Shown: positions 31,757-43,917 of the stretch, piece by piece
Layout: each line of letters opens with the position of its first letter
Numbering within the stretch: the stretch's first letter is position 1
The notes under the pieces: model-generated
What the model was told of the DNA's origin: nothing
Databases searched by the model: none
The model's input: only the letters and a program-made list of their open reading frames with translations
NCBI GenBank assembly: GCA_051652765.1
Contig: JBOFUV010000118.1
Span: forward strand, 1-64,000
Reading direction: 5' to 3'
Length of the DNA: 64,000 nucleotides
DNA from: Microcoleaceae cyanobacterium
Lineage (GTDB): Bacteria > Cyanobacteriota > Cyanobacteriia > Cyanobacteriales > Microcoleaceae
Made by a program: the position numbers and the translations under genes

Positions 31757-33757
31757 TTACAGCCAATCGTCGTCCTTATCATCCCAGTCCTCACTCTGGT
31801 TTTGATAGTAGGGCCGGGTGCGGGTTACGTTCCGACGGTCATACTGAAGGTAGTCCTTAGAATCATATTCAGGCTCACGGCGGCGCTCTCCGGTAAACGT
31901 CCGACGAATCGAGCCGAACAGATCGTCCTCATCGTCTTCCGCCGCATAGACAGATATTTCTTGGTTCAAGTCATACAGGGCATCTTGAAGATCTGATCCA
32001 ATCTGGTCAATGCCTCGATCGTCATCTCGCTCCAAGCTATCTCGCAAGGCTCGGACTAAGGATTCAATCCGACCCCGTTGGCGCTGAGCAAACTGCATTC
32101 CATAGTCTAGGGCCACTTCTCGAAGTTGGCGTTCGGCTTGGTAGGTCAGGGCTTGGGCACGATTGCGTTTTTCAACCCGTTCCCGTTGCAGTCGATCCTG
32201 ATCGGCAAATTTTTCGGCCTCCTGAATCATTCGGTCTACTTCTTCCTGACTCAGGGTAGAAGCACCCTGAATTGTAACGCTTTGTTCTCGTCCTGTGGTT
32301 CTGTCCATCGCCGTGACCAACAGAATGCCATTGGCATCAATATCCAAGGAGATTTGAACCTGGGGAATGCCTCGGGGAGCCGGAGGAATTCCGGTTAATT
32401 TGAATTTTCCGAGGGATTTGTTGTCAACTGCCAATTCCCGTTCCCCTTGGAGGACATGCACTTCGACTAAGGTTTGGTTGTTTTCTGATGTTGAGAAAAT
32501 GTCAGAACGGCGAACCGGCATCGTTGTATTGCGGGGAATCAATTTTTTCATCACACCCCCAATCGTTTCTAGCCCCAGGGACAGGGGAGTAACGTCTAGG
32601 AGCAGAATATCTCGGACTTCCCCCCCGAGAATTCCGGCTTGAATGGCTGCCCCCACCGCAACCACCTCATCGGGATTAATATTTTGGTTGGGTTCCAGAT
32701 TGATTAAACTGCGAACCACCTGCTGCACGATAGGAATTCGGGTTGAGCCTCCGACCAACACCACCTCATCGATTTGACCGGGGTTCAAGTTGGCATCAGC
32801 AAGGGCTTGCTTCACAGGTCGCCGTAACCGTTGAATCAAATCTCCACACAGCCCTTCAAACTCACCCCGAGTTAGTCGAGTTTCTAGGTGCTTTGGCCCG
32901 TCTTCTGTAGCTGTGATGAAGGGAAGATTGATATCTGTGACTCCCACGCCGGAAAGTTCAATCTTGGCTTTTTCCGCCGCCTCTGTGAGTCGCTGCAATG
33001 ATTGGCGATCGCGCCTCAGATCGACCCCTTCTTCTGCCAAAAATTTCTCCGCCAACCAATCGACAATTTTTTGGTCAAAGTCTGTCCCCCCTAACTGAGT
33101 ATCTCCGCTCGTTGCCTTCACTTCAAAGACTCCGTCTCCAATCTCCAGCACGGAAACGTCAAAGGTTCCGCCTCCCAGATCAAACACCAGAATGGTTTGA
33201 TAGCTCTGCTTGTCTAGGCCATGGGCCAAAGACGCTGCTGTCGGTTCATTCAGAATGCGCTTGACCTCTAGTCCAGCAATTCTGCCCGCATCTCGAGTCG
33301 CTTGCCGTTGAGAGTCGTTGAAGTAGGCTGGAACTGTAATGACTGCCCCAGTGATTTCTTCTCCCAGGTGACGACTAGCTTCCTCCACTAGCTTTCTCAA
33401 TATCATTGCCGAGATTTCCTCTGGGGAAAAATCTCGTTGGAGACGGGGGCACTTGAGCTTGATATTTCCCCCGTCATCCCGTCGAATCGTATAGGGAACT
33501 CGTTTTGAAGCCGCAGTCAATTCAGAATATTTGCATCCGATTAGTCGCTTTACCCCATAGTAAGTGTTCTGGGGGTTGAGCACGGCTTGCCTGCGGGCCA
33601 TCTGCCCGACAATGCGCTCCCCTTCCTTTGTGAAACCAACGACCGAAGGAGTGGTTCGCATTCCTTCTGAGTTCGCAATTACAACAGGTCTGCCTCCTTC
33701 CATTACTGCAACGACAGAGTTGGTTGTTCCTAAATCAATGCCAACTACTCTTCCCAT
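31757..33757 (-). CDS. dnaK: Hsp70 chaperone DnaK (DnaK3-type, acidic C-terminus ending DDDWL)
   Basis: [43 protein letters not shown]. Confidence 0.97.
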   Translation of the reverse strand: MGRVVGIDLGTTNSVVAVMEGGRPVVIANSEGMRTTPSVVGFTKEGERIVGQMARRQAVLNPQNTYYGVKRLIGCKYSELTAASKRVPYTIRRDDGGNIKLKCPRLQRDFSPEEISAMILRKLVEEASRHLGEEITGAVITVPAYFNDSQRQATRDAGRIAGLEVKRILNEPTAASLAHGLDKQSYQTILVFDLGGGTFDVSVLEIGDGVFEVKATSGDTQLGGTDFDQKIVDWLAEKFLAEEGVDLRRDRQSLQRLTEAAEKAKIELSGVGVTDINLPFITATEDGPKHLETRLTRGEFEGLCGDLIQRLRRPVKQALADANLNPGQIDEVVLVGGSTRIPIVQQVVRSLINLEPNQNINPDEVVAVGAAIQAGILGGEVRDILLLDVTPLSLGLETIGGVMKKLIPRNTTMPVRRSDIFSTSENNQTLVEVHVLQGERELAVDNKSLGKFKLTGIPPAPRGIPQVQISLDIDANGILLVTAMDRTTGREQSVTIQGASTLSQEEVDRMIQEAEKFADQDRLQRERVEKRNRAQALTYQAERQLREVALDYGMQFAQRQRGRIESLVRALRDSLERDDDRGIDQIGSDLQDALYDLNQEISVYAAEDDEDDLFGSIRRTFTGERRREPEYDSKDYLQYDRRNVTRTRPYYQNQSEDWDDKDDDWL

Positions 33758-33906
33758 GCGTTGGTTTACTCCTGTACTCCTGACCAGCTAAGTTTACTGT
33801 CAATACTTCATTTTATCCTTAAGTCCCCTGACTTTGCGGGAAAGGAGGACGAAGGGACTGAAACTCAGGGTGGTTTCAATTCCCAATTTCCCTGGGCAAC
33901 TTCTCC

Positions 33907-35451
<1,545 letters not shown>

Positions 35452-35494
35452 CTGATCTCTCTAAGGCAAACCCCTGGAGGCTGAAACATAACGA

Positions 35495-36427
35495 ATGCTG
35501 CAATTGCCTCAACCCCCCCTGACTACTACAAAAACACTCGCTTCTTTGGAAGACTCCTACGAGCTCTGTCGCCGAATTACTTCGGAGTATTCCAAGACGT
35601 TTTATATGGGAACCCAGATTATGCCCCAGGAAAAACAACAGGCAATCTGGGCAATTTATGTTTGGTGTCGCCGGACGGATGAACTGGTTGATGGGCCAAT
35701 GTCAGGCTCTACAACCTTGGAGACTTTAGATCAATGGGAAGAGCATTTGGAGGCGATTTTTGCAGGTTATCCGATTGAGAATGAAGATGTTGCTTTAGTC
35801 GATACTCTAAACCGCTATCCCTTGGATATTCAGCCATTTCGGGACATGATTGCTGGTCAACGAATGGATCTCCATCGCAGCCGTTATAAAACATTTGAGG
35901 AGCTAAAGCTTTACTGCTACCGAGTTGCAGGCACAGTTGGACTGATGTCGATGTCTGTAATGGGGGTGGCTCAGCCAGAATCTAAGGCTCCCTGGGAACA
36001 GGAAGAACTCTACATTCCCAAGGATGAAGCGATCGCCCTGGGAATTGCCAACCAACTCACCAATATTTTACGAGATGTGGGAGAAGATGCCCGTCGAGGT
36101 CGAATCTATATCCCACTCGAAGAACTGGCTCAATTTGGCTACACAGAGCGAGATTTGATGAATGGAGTAATTGACCACCGCTGGCAAGCTCTGATGCAGT
36201 TTCAGATTCAACGGGCGCGTAAGTTTTATGAGATGGCAGAGCAAGGAATCCGTGTTCTTCACCCAGACATCCGCTGGCCAATTTGGACGGCCTTACTGCT
36301 CTACAGCAAAATTTTAAATGCGATTGAACGGAATCAATATGATGTATTTACAAAGCGAGCCTATGTTCCAAGCTGGAGAAAGTTCCTTTGCCTGCCTGTA
36401 GCTTTACTCCGAGCCAAAGTACTTTAG
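35495..36427 (+). CDS. crtB: Phytoene synthase
   Basis: YSKTFY, WCRRTDELVDG, YCYRVAGTVGLM, QLTNILRDVGEDARRGRIY. Confidence 0.98.
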   Translation: MLQLPQPPLTTTKTLASLEDSYELCRRITSEYSKTFYMGTQIMPQEKQQAIWAIYVWCRRTDELVDGPMSGSTTLETLDQWEEHLEAIFAGYPIENEDVALVDTLNRYPLDIQPFRDMIAGQRMDLHRSRYKTFEELKLYCYRVAGTVGLMSMSVMGVAQPESKAPWEQEELYIPKDEAIALGIANQLTNILRDVGEDARRGRIYIPLEELAQFGYTERDLMNGVIDHRWQALMQFQIQRARKFYEMAEQGIRVLHPDIRWPIWTALLLYSKILNAIERNQYDVFTKRAYVPSWRKFLCLPVALLRAKVL

Positions 36428-36529
36428 ACATAGAATGCCTTAGACAACAATAGGTTGAACTAGATTTTGACACCTATACAATGGGGACAGTTTTCGCACA
36501 TGCCAATCCAAAAACAGGATACCACAAAC

Positions 36530-36569
36530 CCCTTTCTGTTGGATGCGAAGTGGCTACCAGCAGAAAGGG
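36530..36569. terminator. 13-bp stem-loop between convergent crtB and rbp3-like genes
   Basis: CCCTTTCTGTTGG ... CCAGCAGAAAGGG. Confidence 0.5.
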
Positions 36570-36729
36570 AGGCTAGAGGGGAAATCAGTTCGACCTATGG
36601 GTATACAGAGTTGATGAAGGTAGGTTGATCGGTAGCGTGCAAAAAGTGCAAGATACTGCTTCTAACTGCAAGCACTCAAAATGAAAACGCTACTAATACA
36701 CTTCTATCTCTAACCTGAAACTCCTTAGG

Positions 36730-37212
36730 CTAGGAATTGGTGGTTTGAGCTGAGAGCATCTGCTTGAGCTTCTCTAAGTCACTGGCCCACCGAGGATCGG
36801 GTTGAACAGAATCAGATGGCGCTCCTTCTGTTCCAGAACCTCCAGAAGAAATCTTCCCAGATTTTTTGCGGTTCTTATTTCCCGCTGCTGGACTACTACT
36901 ACTTTTAGGGGGAGTATTAGGCTCTTCCTCGAGAACGCCTTCTCCCTTCTCTCCCTTACCATTCTTTTTCCGAGGTAAAGCTTTCTCAATTTTCAGAGAA
37001 GTCTCCTTTAGCTCCACGCCGTTATATTTCTCTACAATCTGGTCAGCCATCTCATCAGGAACTGTAACAAACCCAAACCCTCGGCACTTTCCTGTTTTCC
37101 GATCCGTGATCACCTTCGCTGTAACTAAATCTCCCTCCTCTGCAAACACCTCTTGCAGTTCCTTACGATCAATCTCTTTTGGCAAATTTCCAATGTAAAG
37201 ACGAACAGGCAT
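36730..37212 (-). CDS. RRM RNA-binding protein, class II (Rbp3-like)
   Basis: MPVRLYIGNLP, TGKCRGFGFVTV, C-terminal QPDPRWA..LEKLK; GGAGG RBS precedes ATG 37212. Confidence 0.9.
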   Translation of the reverse strand: MPVRLYIGNLPKEIDRKELQEVFAEEGDLVTAKVITDRKTGKCRGFGFVTVPDEMADQIVEKYNGVELKETSLKIEKALPRKKNGKGEKGEGVLEEEPNTPPKSSSSPAAGNKNRKKSGKISSGGSGTEGAPSDSVQPDPRWASDLEKLKQMLSAQTTNS

Positions 37213-37850
37213 GGATAAAACCTCCAACTAAACAGAATGAACTAAACCTTCCCAAATCATTAACTACGCAAGCAAATCCAGATCTAGATAGCCCAAGATA
37301 GTAGAGAAGACATGCAAGACCGAGCTACTCCGCAGATAGCAACTATTTCTAAACATTTCAAATCTGTAGTATTCCATGCCAACAACTTCAATCGTGAGCT
37401 GAAAAACCCTGTAGCTATGAATGCAATGCCTACCTTCAAAAAGCCTCAATTCTGTACTCAACGCAACGCCTATCTCAGTTTAATACAGTTGAGAGCGCAA
37501 CGCTCACCTCCGAAGTAAATCCTCTTTAACAGAGGCAGCCGTTCTACAGACAACCAAACCTAGAGAACAACCACACCTTGATACACCTGATAGCAAGTCA
37601 TTCAAGCTGATATGCGCTTTCAAACCATTTCTTAAGGTATCACAGTTTGAGACAGAACTCCAACCGTTGCTGCATTCAAGGCGTGAACATAACTAAGTAC
37701 TTTTCTAAAACACAAGCCCCATTTCTTCAGAAGCCAAAAGAAGTAAATAGGATTAAATTAGTAACATATTAAAAAATGTAACACGTTTATCTGCAACCTG
37801 TAAATCACAATTCCAGGAATCAAGAGATTACAACAGGTCTAAGCACAGAT

Positions 37851-40442
37851 CTAACCTTTGCCAACGGCGATAACATAAGCTCCCCAACCAGCGATCGCAA
37901 CGCCCAATAAAGTTGACCAAATGGGATGTCCTGCCAAAATCACCCGCTGTTGACCCGGCCCTTGATCCTGGGTTTGCATTCGTTCAAGATCTAGCCAGGG
38001 AGTTGCTCCTCGCCGCCACCAACCGATAACAGTAACTGATTGACCATTCAGGGCGCTAGGACGACTCAGTCCCGGCCAGAGATAAGTGAGAGGCGTTAAC
38101 TGCGGGATATGGTGGAGATAGACAAGACCCGCTGGCATTTGTAGGATCAAATCTTGTTCCCAACCGTTCTCAACCCCAGTTCTTCCCAGCAACTTGCCCT
38201 CAAGTTGTACCGATTGAGCCTCAACTGGAATCGGCTTTGGGTTACAAAAAAGTTGACTCAAATCTGGATTTCTCAGTAGGTTGGCCCGCTGAATTTGTGG
38301 GAAAAAGGCGTTAATTCTCAGGAATATACCCAAACTGCAACACAAAAGAATACACCCGAACAAGAGAGAGCGATCGCCCAGCAACCACTCCAATTGCCAA
38401 ATCCCCAACAGGGAACAAATTCCCCCCACTAACCAAATCAAACTCCCCAGCAAAACTCCAGCCGGAATGCCGAAAAAGGGAGCACCCTGGAGCAACAGAT
38501 GAGACCACTGAGCCCGTGTCCATTTGATCTGTTTTCCATTAACCAGAGGGAGATCCAGCTCTGATTCTAGCTGCCAGAAGTTGGCATAAAAACAAAGGAG
38601 TTGTAAGCGATCGCCTAAAACGGGATGAGATTGATTGAGTTCTAGCCAGCGACGATAGAGATTGGCCCGATCCCATTGCAAGAGGGACTCGACTGGAGTG
38701 TGAGCCATCAAACTACCGAATGTCAGAGCTTGTCGAACCCCAACAGGAGTCAGCAAATCAAAGCTCTCCAGCAACGGATCAGTTTTTCCGCGCTGTTCAA
38801 CCTCTTGAGCAACCCCCTGGGTGATTTTCAATAACGCCCGCACCAAACCATTGGGATTTCCCGTCAGATCACAAGCCGTGCGATCGCTGTAATACACCCG
38901 TCGTCGAGCAACCCAAAGGGCAGGCCAACGCAAAAGTCGGTAAATCCCATAACTAACAGGAGATACCATCCAAGCCAGCAGTCCAACTCCTTGGGCCAAT
39001 CCCAAAAGGGCTGTTTTGAGGACATTGGGTACAGGTCGAGGCGATCGCTTTAATGCTTCAGTAAACTGTTCGGGCCAGCGAGGCAATTGACTATAAAGCA
39101 GGTAAGGAACTTGCATCACTAGGGTGATAAAGGACATCACCAGAAAATTCCCCTGACCCACCTGAGCCATTTCACGGGCATAAATTAACGCAATTTCATC
39201 CTCAGCCAACTGTTCTAACAAACCTTGGCTGACCACGATTCGAGCAAACCGGGGCCAACAACCATAGGTCATGGCTAGGGGGGCCAAAGTGGGCAAAACA
39301 CGCAATGCTGGGACGTTCCACCGTCGCTGTTGACAATAACTTCTCAAGACTCGATTGGCTTCAGGACTGTATTGAAACAACGTTGTCATCGGCAGAGGCT
39401 CCATCCCGTAACTGCTCTGAAGCAGAAAATCAAGAATCCAGGGGGATAGGAGGAACAGCAGGGTTAGGATGATCCAAACGGCACGGGTTGGGTCTTTGTA
39501 GAGCAGTTGAATCGGGTTCACCCAAGGCAATCGGTAGAGCAAGTCATTGGTCACATCCATCAAAACATTGACCAACTGGGGAATAAACCACAGTAGGGCG
39601 ATCGCCGTTAACCCTTGCTCAATTTGAAATCCAGCCAGTTTTAAGCGCTTGAGCCGTCGCCACTGGTCTGCCCGCCCAGCCTGTCGCCACTGTAGGGGTC
39701 GTGATTCGGGTTCAGGACGGACTTCAGAAGCGTCCTTCTCTGGAGGGACAGAACGGGTTGGATGGCCTGAAATTGGGGGTGGAGCAACAACGTGATCGTC
39801 TAGAGAATTAATCTGGGGAGAATCCTGAGCTTGAATGCCAAGCGCTGAATCAGAACTCCCAGGAGAGAGAACTGGAGAATCGTCAGCAGGATCTTGTTGA
39901 TCTGCTGGCAGCTCATGAACAGCTTCCTGGGAGGACTGTATCAGGGCGTTCAAGGGGGCAAATCCGCTTGGAGTCTGATGGGCTGTAGGGCTTAAATCAA
40001 GCTTTGCTGCTTGAGAGGAAGGGAGTTGAGACTGCGTTGACTGGGTGGGTAGGGAGGGGGCTGCAGTCGATTCAAGGGGGACAAAACCAGTGCCTGAGAC
40101 GGAAGGCCGTGATGCAGATGGAGATTGAGCCAACTTCACAGTCAGTTGTCGCAACGTTTGGGTTGCCCAATCCTTAATTTTAGCACTGGGGACTGTGGTG
40201 AGAGGATGGCAGAACGTCATCGCCTGATGAAAATCCCCAAGCTTTTCGTAGGCGTTAACCAAGGCAATCCTCGCTCTAACTCTGACGTTGGTATCGGCAG
40301 CAGACTGAGTGAGGGGGCCAAGAGTCGCGATCGCTCCGTGATAATCCTGCTGCTTCAGGGCAACAAGTCCAGCCGCTAAGGCAGACTTTTCTTCAAGAAA
40401 AAGGTTCAAGTCCGATCTTGGGGAAGGCGGGGTAGATGACAT
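37851..40442 (-). CDS. M48/HtpX-like membrane protein with degenerate Zn site, TPR-like N-terminus and Pro/Ser linker
   Basis: PLAMTYG...RIVVSQGLL..L.EDE; AREMAQ where HExxH is expected; DR.A..LTGNP.GL..AL.KI; SHP.LGDRL. Confidence 0.82.
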   Translation of the reverse strand: MSSTPPSPRSDLNLFLEEKSALAAGLVALKQQDYHGAIATLGPLTQSAADTNVRVRARIALVNAYEKLGDFHQAMTFCHPLTTVPSAKIKDWATQTLRQLTVKLAQSPSASRPSVSGTGFVPLESTAAPSLPTQSTQSQLPSSQAAKLDLSPTAHQTPSGFAPLNALIQSSQEAVHELPADQQDPADDSPVLSPGSSDSALGIQAQDSPQINSLDDHVVAPPPISGHPTRSVPPEKDASEVRPEPESRPLQWRQAGRADQWRRLKRLKLAGFQIEQGLTAIALLWFIPQLVNVLMDVTNDLLYRLPWVNPIQLLYKDPTRAVWIILTLLFLLSPWILDFLLQSSYGMEPLPMTTLFQYSPEANRVLRSYCQQRRWNVPALRVLPTLAPLAMTYGCWPRFARIVVSQGLLEQLAEDEIALIYAREMAQVGQGNFLVMSFITLVMQVPYLLYSQLPRWPEQFTEALKRSPRPVPNVLKTALLGLAQGVGLLAWMVSPVSYGIYRLLRWPALWVARRRVYYSDRTACDLTGNPNGLVRALLKITQGVAQEVEQRGKTDPLLESFDLLTPVGVRQALTFGSLMAHTPVESLLQWDRANLYRRWLELNQSHPVLGDRLQLLCFYANFWQLESELDLPLVNGKQIKWTRAQWSHLLLQGAPFFGIPAGVLLGSLIWLVGGICSLLGIWQLEWLLGDRSLLFGCILLCCSLGIFLRINAFFPQIQRANLLRNPDLSQLFCNPKPIPVEAQSVQLEGKLLGRTGVENGWEQDLILQMPAGLVYLHHIPQLTPLTYLWPGLSRPSALNGQSVTVIGWWRRGATPWLDLERMQTQDQGPGQQRVILAGHPIWSTLLGVAIAGWGAYVIAVGKG

Positions 40443-40652
40443 TGGTATTTCCAGACTTAGATCTGTTGCTCAAGGTTTTTCCAGAGTAAACTCTTTCTAA
40501 AATAACCTAGTGGTTTGTCTAGATCAGTTGTGTCGGTTGAAGTCGTAAAGGGATCAGGCCCCCATCTGTGACAATCTCAGTCCCATACCGAAAATCCCGT
40601 GGACAACATTCGACTTCTGTGATCTCCTCCTTCTGTGATCTCCTCAAAGAGC

Positions 40653-40693
40653 GTATCAACTACTACAACATCAGTGAATTCATTTGCTAAGGT
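40653..40693 (+). promoter_or_regulatory. NtcA-activated (class II) promoter upstream of nblA
   Basis: GTA-TCAACTAC-TAC (40653-40666), 21 nt spacer, then TAAGGT -10 box (40688-40693) preceded by TGn. Confidence 0.7.
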
Positions 40694-40891
40694 AGAGAAA
40701 CAAAGTGTTCTCATATGCAGTAGCAGGCGATTTGTCAAACTTTATTTACACTTTGTAATATAGTATCAGGGCTAGCGTACTGCTGAAAGAACAGCTAAGT
40801 GACTGATGTTTTCTTCAATGTTGAAGGAAATGTCAGGGATCTGAGCAACAACTTCTCAACCCATAAATCTCAACCTAAAAGGAGGTTAGTG

Positions 40892-41089
40892 ATGACTACG
40901 CCGAACGATCTCTCCCTAGAACAAAGGTTCAACCTGTCTTCTTTCAGAATGCAGGTGGGTCAAATGAGCCGAGAACAAGCTCAGGAATTCCTGGTTGATC
41001 TATATGAGCAGATGCTGTTGCGAGAAAATATGTACCAGCATTTTCTCAAGCACCAGTGGGGGTTAGAACCCAACTCGAACCAAGCCTAG
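40892..41089 (+). CDS. nblA: Phycobilisome degradation adaptor NblA
   Basis: LSLEQRFNL..F..QV..MSREQAQEFL..LY.QM..REN.Y...LK..WG; AGGAGG RBS at 40880-40885. Confidence 0.95.
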   Translation: MTTPNDLSLEQRFNLSSFRMQVGQMSREQAQEFLVDLYEQMLLRENMYQHFLKHQWGLEPNSNQA

Positions 41090-41193
41090 AGCTTTAACTC
41101 ACGTTGGCTTAGACTCAAGGGGTCAGCACCCTATATCTCGAACTTCTTTTCTAGTCAGAAAATGGGTTGGGGGTATTTCGGGGTTCGTGACTT

Positions 41194-41646
41194 CTACGGT
41201 TTGCGTTCTAAGGTTGCCTCCAGAACACTAATCAGGTTCATATTAGCGCCCCCCATGCTCACACTCGAGTAAGAATAGCGATTATTCTCTATCCGACGTA
41301 GAATTTCCAGTCCACTTCGCCGCTGTTGCTCATTGCCCAAAACCCAATATCGCTGCACTATCGACTCAGGGCCAACCAAACCTTCCCCCTCTACATTCCC
41401 GAGTTCACTGTGTTGCAGGATAAAGGTATACTGACGATTTGTACTATCAAAGCGCCCGCGATACTGCAACACAATATCTTCATGTTCATGACCGGGAAAG
41501 ATCAACTGCATAACCATTCTAAACCAGTCATTTTGATCCCAAGCCACGAGTGTCTTCCCACGTACAGGAATAGGAAGACGATTGCGCTCTAGCCATTGGC
41601 CTTCCAACATCCATTTTCCAGGAACAACAAGAAAGGTATGAGCCAT
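41194..41646 (-). CDS. Hypothetical protein (probably beta-rich)
   Basis: ATG with GGAGG RBS; MAHTFL..PG.W..EG.W...G.VEGEG; no function recognised. Confidence 0.75.
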   Translation of the reverse strand: MAHTFLVVPGKWMLEGQWLERNRLPIPVRGKTLVAWDQNDWFRMVMQLIFPGHEHEDIVLQYRGRFDSTNRQYTFILQHSELGNVEGEGLVGPESIVQRYWVLGNEQQRRSGLEILRRIENNRYSYSSVSMGGANMNLISVLEATLERKP

Positions 41647-41805
41647 GACTATACCTCCATATAGCAGAGGTGATGAGGAACATCTAACCCAGAACGATCA
41701 ACAGCAACTCTTGACATAAGCCCCTGTGAAGCCATCTACGTTCGTCTATCATTATCTCAGTATCTTTCCCAACCTCCTAGAAAAATTAGAGAACCCTAGA
41801 GGGAA

Positions 41806-43044
41806 CTAGAGGGAGTACACCTCCCCTAGTAGAGTCGAAGTTTTTGCCCCGGTCACTTGAGGTAGGTTACCGGGGATATGGTGAACTCGCAGATAAGCCA
41901 GCATCGCAAAGGCGATCGCCTCCTTAAAATCCACATCTAAATTCACGTCAGCCGTTGTCAGGATTGGAATAGGATAGAGCAGAGCTTGCAACTGTTTTCG
42001 CAAACAGAGATTATGACTGCCTCCCCCACACAACAATACCTGATCAGGTAACTGAGGCAAAAACTGACGATAACTCTGAGCAATGGAAGCAGCAGTTAAT
42101 TCTGTCAGGGTTGCGAGCAGGTCTGCCGGATTCAGGGCGTAAACGTGGGCATCCGCGAGACACTGGTGAAAATAGTCAGAGCCAAAATGCTCTCGTCCCG
42201 TAGATTTAGGCGGAGGTTGATGAAAGAAATCCTGTTGTAACCAGCGTTCAACCAGTTCTAAACAAGGTTGACCTTGAGCAGCCCATGCCCCGTCTTGATC
42301 ATAGGCTTGAGTTCCGGCAGAAAAATGCTGTACCGCCAAATCCAACAAGGTATTCCCCGGCCCCGTATCCCAGCCCAGAATTCCTGCCCGAGACTCTAAA
42401 CTTGAATCCTCTAAACTTGAATCTTCTAAACTTGAATCCCTGAGGGTTAATGGCTCAGCAGAGGACACAGTCTGAACTAGGGCCGTCTTGGGTAAGTAAG
42501 TAACATTGCCAATGCCGCCTACATTTTGCACACAGCGATTGTAATCGGGGTGACTCAGCACATAGGCATCTAGTATCGAAACCAGAGGAGCGCCCTGGCC
42601 CCCAACCGCAATATCCGCTCCCCGAAAGTTGCTCACGGTGATGATACCCGTAAACTGATGAATGACGGCCCCGCGTCCTAGCTGAAGACTGTATCCCAAG
42701 GTAGGGGATGAAGGGTGCATTTCAGGGGAGCCGGGGGGACGATGGAAGACGGTTTGGCCATGGGAACCGATTAATTCTGCCGGGGCCTGACCCTGTTGAA
42801 TCGCTAAGGCGGCTTTGGCAAATTCCAGGGCGATCGCGTCATCCAAGGCCGCGAGTTCAGCGCAGGAAATAGCTTGCCCACCACATAGATTAAGGATTTG
42901 CCCCCGCAGTTGATCGGGATAAGAATAGGTTTCTCCCGCCAGAAGGTTAACTTGGAGGTCGGAACCCAATCCGGTAATTTCTACTAATGCAGCATCGATG
43001 CCATCCACAGAAGTACCACTCATCAGACCAACAACACGGGTCAT
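41806..43044 (-). CDS. anmK: Anhydro-N-acetylmuramic acid kinase
   Basis: [62 protein letters not shown]. Confidence 0.96.
   Translation of the reverse strand: MTRVVGLMSGTSVDGIDAALVEITGLGSDLQVNLLAGETYSYPDQLRGQILNLCGGQAISCAELAALDDAIALEFAKAALAIQQGQAPAELIGSHGQTVFHRPPGSPEMHPSSPTLGYSLQLGRGAVIHQFTGIITVSNFRGADIAVGGQGAPLVSILDAYVLSHPDYNRCVQNVGGIGNVTYLPKTALVQTVSSAEPLTLRDSSLEDSSLEDSSLESRAGILGWDTGPGNTLLDLAVQHFSAGTQAYDQDGAWAAQGQPCLELVERWLQQDFFHQPPPKSTGREHFGSDYFHQCLADAHVYALNPADLLATLTELTAASIAQSYRQFLPQLPDQVLLCGGGSHNLCLRKQLQALLYPIPILTTADVNLDVDFKEAIAFAMLAYLRVHHIPGNLPQVTGAKTSTLLGEVYSL
42394..42438. repeat. In-frame 15-bp tandem repeat x3 in anmK (encodes DSSLE x3)
   Basis: CTCTAAACTTGAATC CTCTAAACTTGAATC TTCTAAACTTGAATC. 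Confidence 0.9.
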
Positions 43045-43046
43045 AG

Positions 43047-43784
43047 CTAGTTTTCTTCGGCTTCAATGCCCACAATCACAACAGTAATATTGTCCTTCCC
43101 TTCTCGCGCCTTGGCCTGCTGAATCAAAGTTCGGGCTATTTCGGGATAGTCAGAGGAAGCGGCTAGTAGGGAACTGATTAACTCATTCGGCAATTCCTCG
43201 GTCAACCCATCACTACAGAGCAGTAGGCGATCGCCCGGTTGGGTTTCCAGGGCTTCAATTTCAATCAGAGACAGATCTTCTCGTCCTAAACATTGAGACA
43301 AAACATGTCGCCAGGGGTGGATTCGGGCTTCTTCTGGAGTGAGAACTTCTCGCTTCACTGCTTGAGCCACCCAAGTTTGATCCTCGCTCACCTGTTGAAG
43401 GTTTGATTGGCGCAGGCGATACAGCCGAGAATCTCCCACATTGGCGTACCAAGGCTGATCGTGATCCCGGAACAGGGTAACAACTGCCGTTGTGCCCATA
43501 TCTGCCCGTTCCGGATTGTCCCGTTGATCTCTCAAAATAGCCTTATTGGCGGCCAAGAACGCTCCTTTCAGCAAAGAGGGAGAGGGTTCAGAAGTTTCCC
43601 AATAGGAATTGAGATAGTCCTTAATGGTTTGAGTGGCAATCTGACTGGCTTCCTGTCCCCCGGCATGACCTCCCATTCCATCTGCGACAATAAAAAACCG
43701 TCCTTCGGGATCAAGATGAAAATCATCTTGATTGACTGCACGAACGTTACCAATATCTGTTTGACCTGTAAATCGATGCTTCAT
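43047..43784 (-). CDS. PP2C-type Ser/Thr phosphatase (Stp1/PphA-like)
   Basis: [48 protein letters not shown]. Confidence 0.93.
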   Translation of the reverse strand: MKHRFTGQTDIGNVRAVNQDDFHLDPEGRFFIVADGMGGHAGGQEASQIATQTIKDYLNSYWETSEPSPSLLKGAFLAANKAILRDQRDNPERADMGTTAVVTLFRDHDQPWYANVGDSRLYRLRQSNLQQVSEDQTWVAQAVKREVLTPEEARIHPWRHVLSQCLGREDLSLIEIEALETQPGDRLLLCSDGLTEELPNELISSLLAASSDYPEIARTLIQQAKAREGKDNITVVIVGIEAEEN

Positions 43785-43917
43785 ATACTGATTAGAGATA
43801 TTTGACTCTATAACTTAGTTATAATTGGCGGGTACAAATTTTTCGAATACTATAACAGGCTTTAGGAACTTCCGAACCGTTGTAGGAACCCATCCTCAAG
43901 CCCTTATCTATGATATT

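Noticed and set aside
40735..40765. HLR1 (RpaB) site in the nblA leader
   Set aside because: Only one good half-site; the second has about 3 mismatches
43047..43784. PP2C as the TerY-triad partner of the kinase at 14585-16777
   Set aside because: 26 kb away and has the ordinary Stp1/PphA-type ADGMGG motif in a housekeeping context
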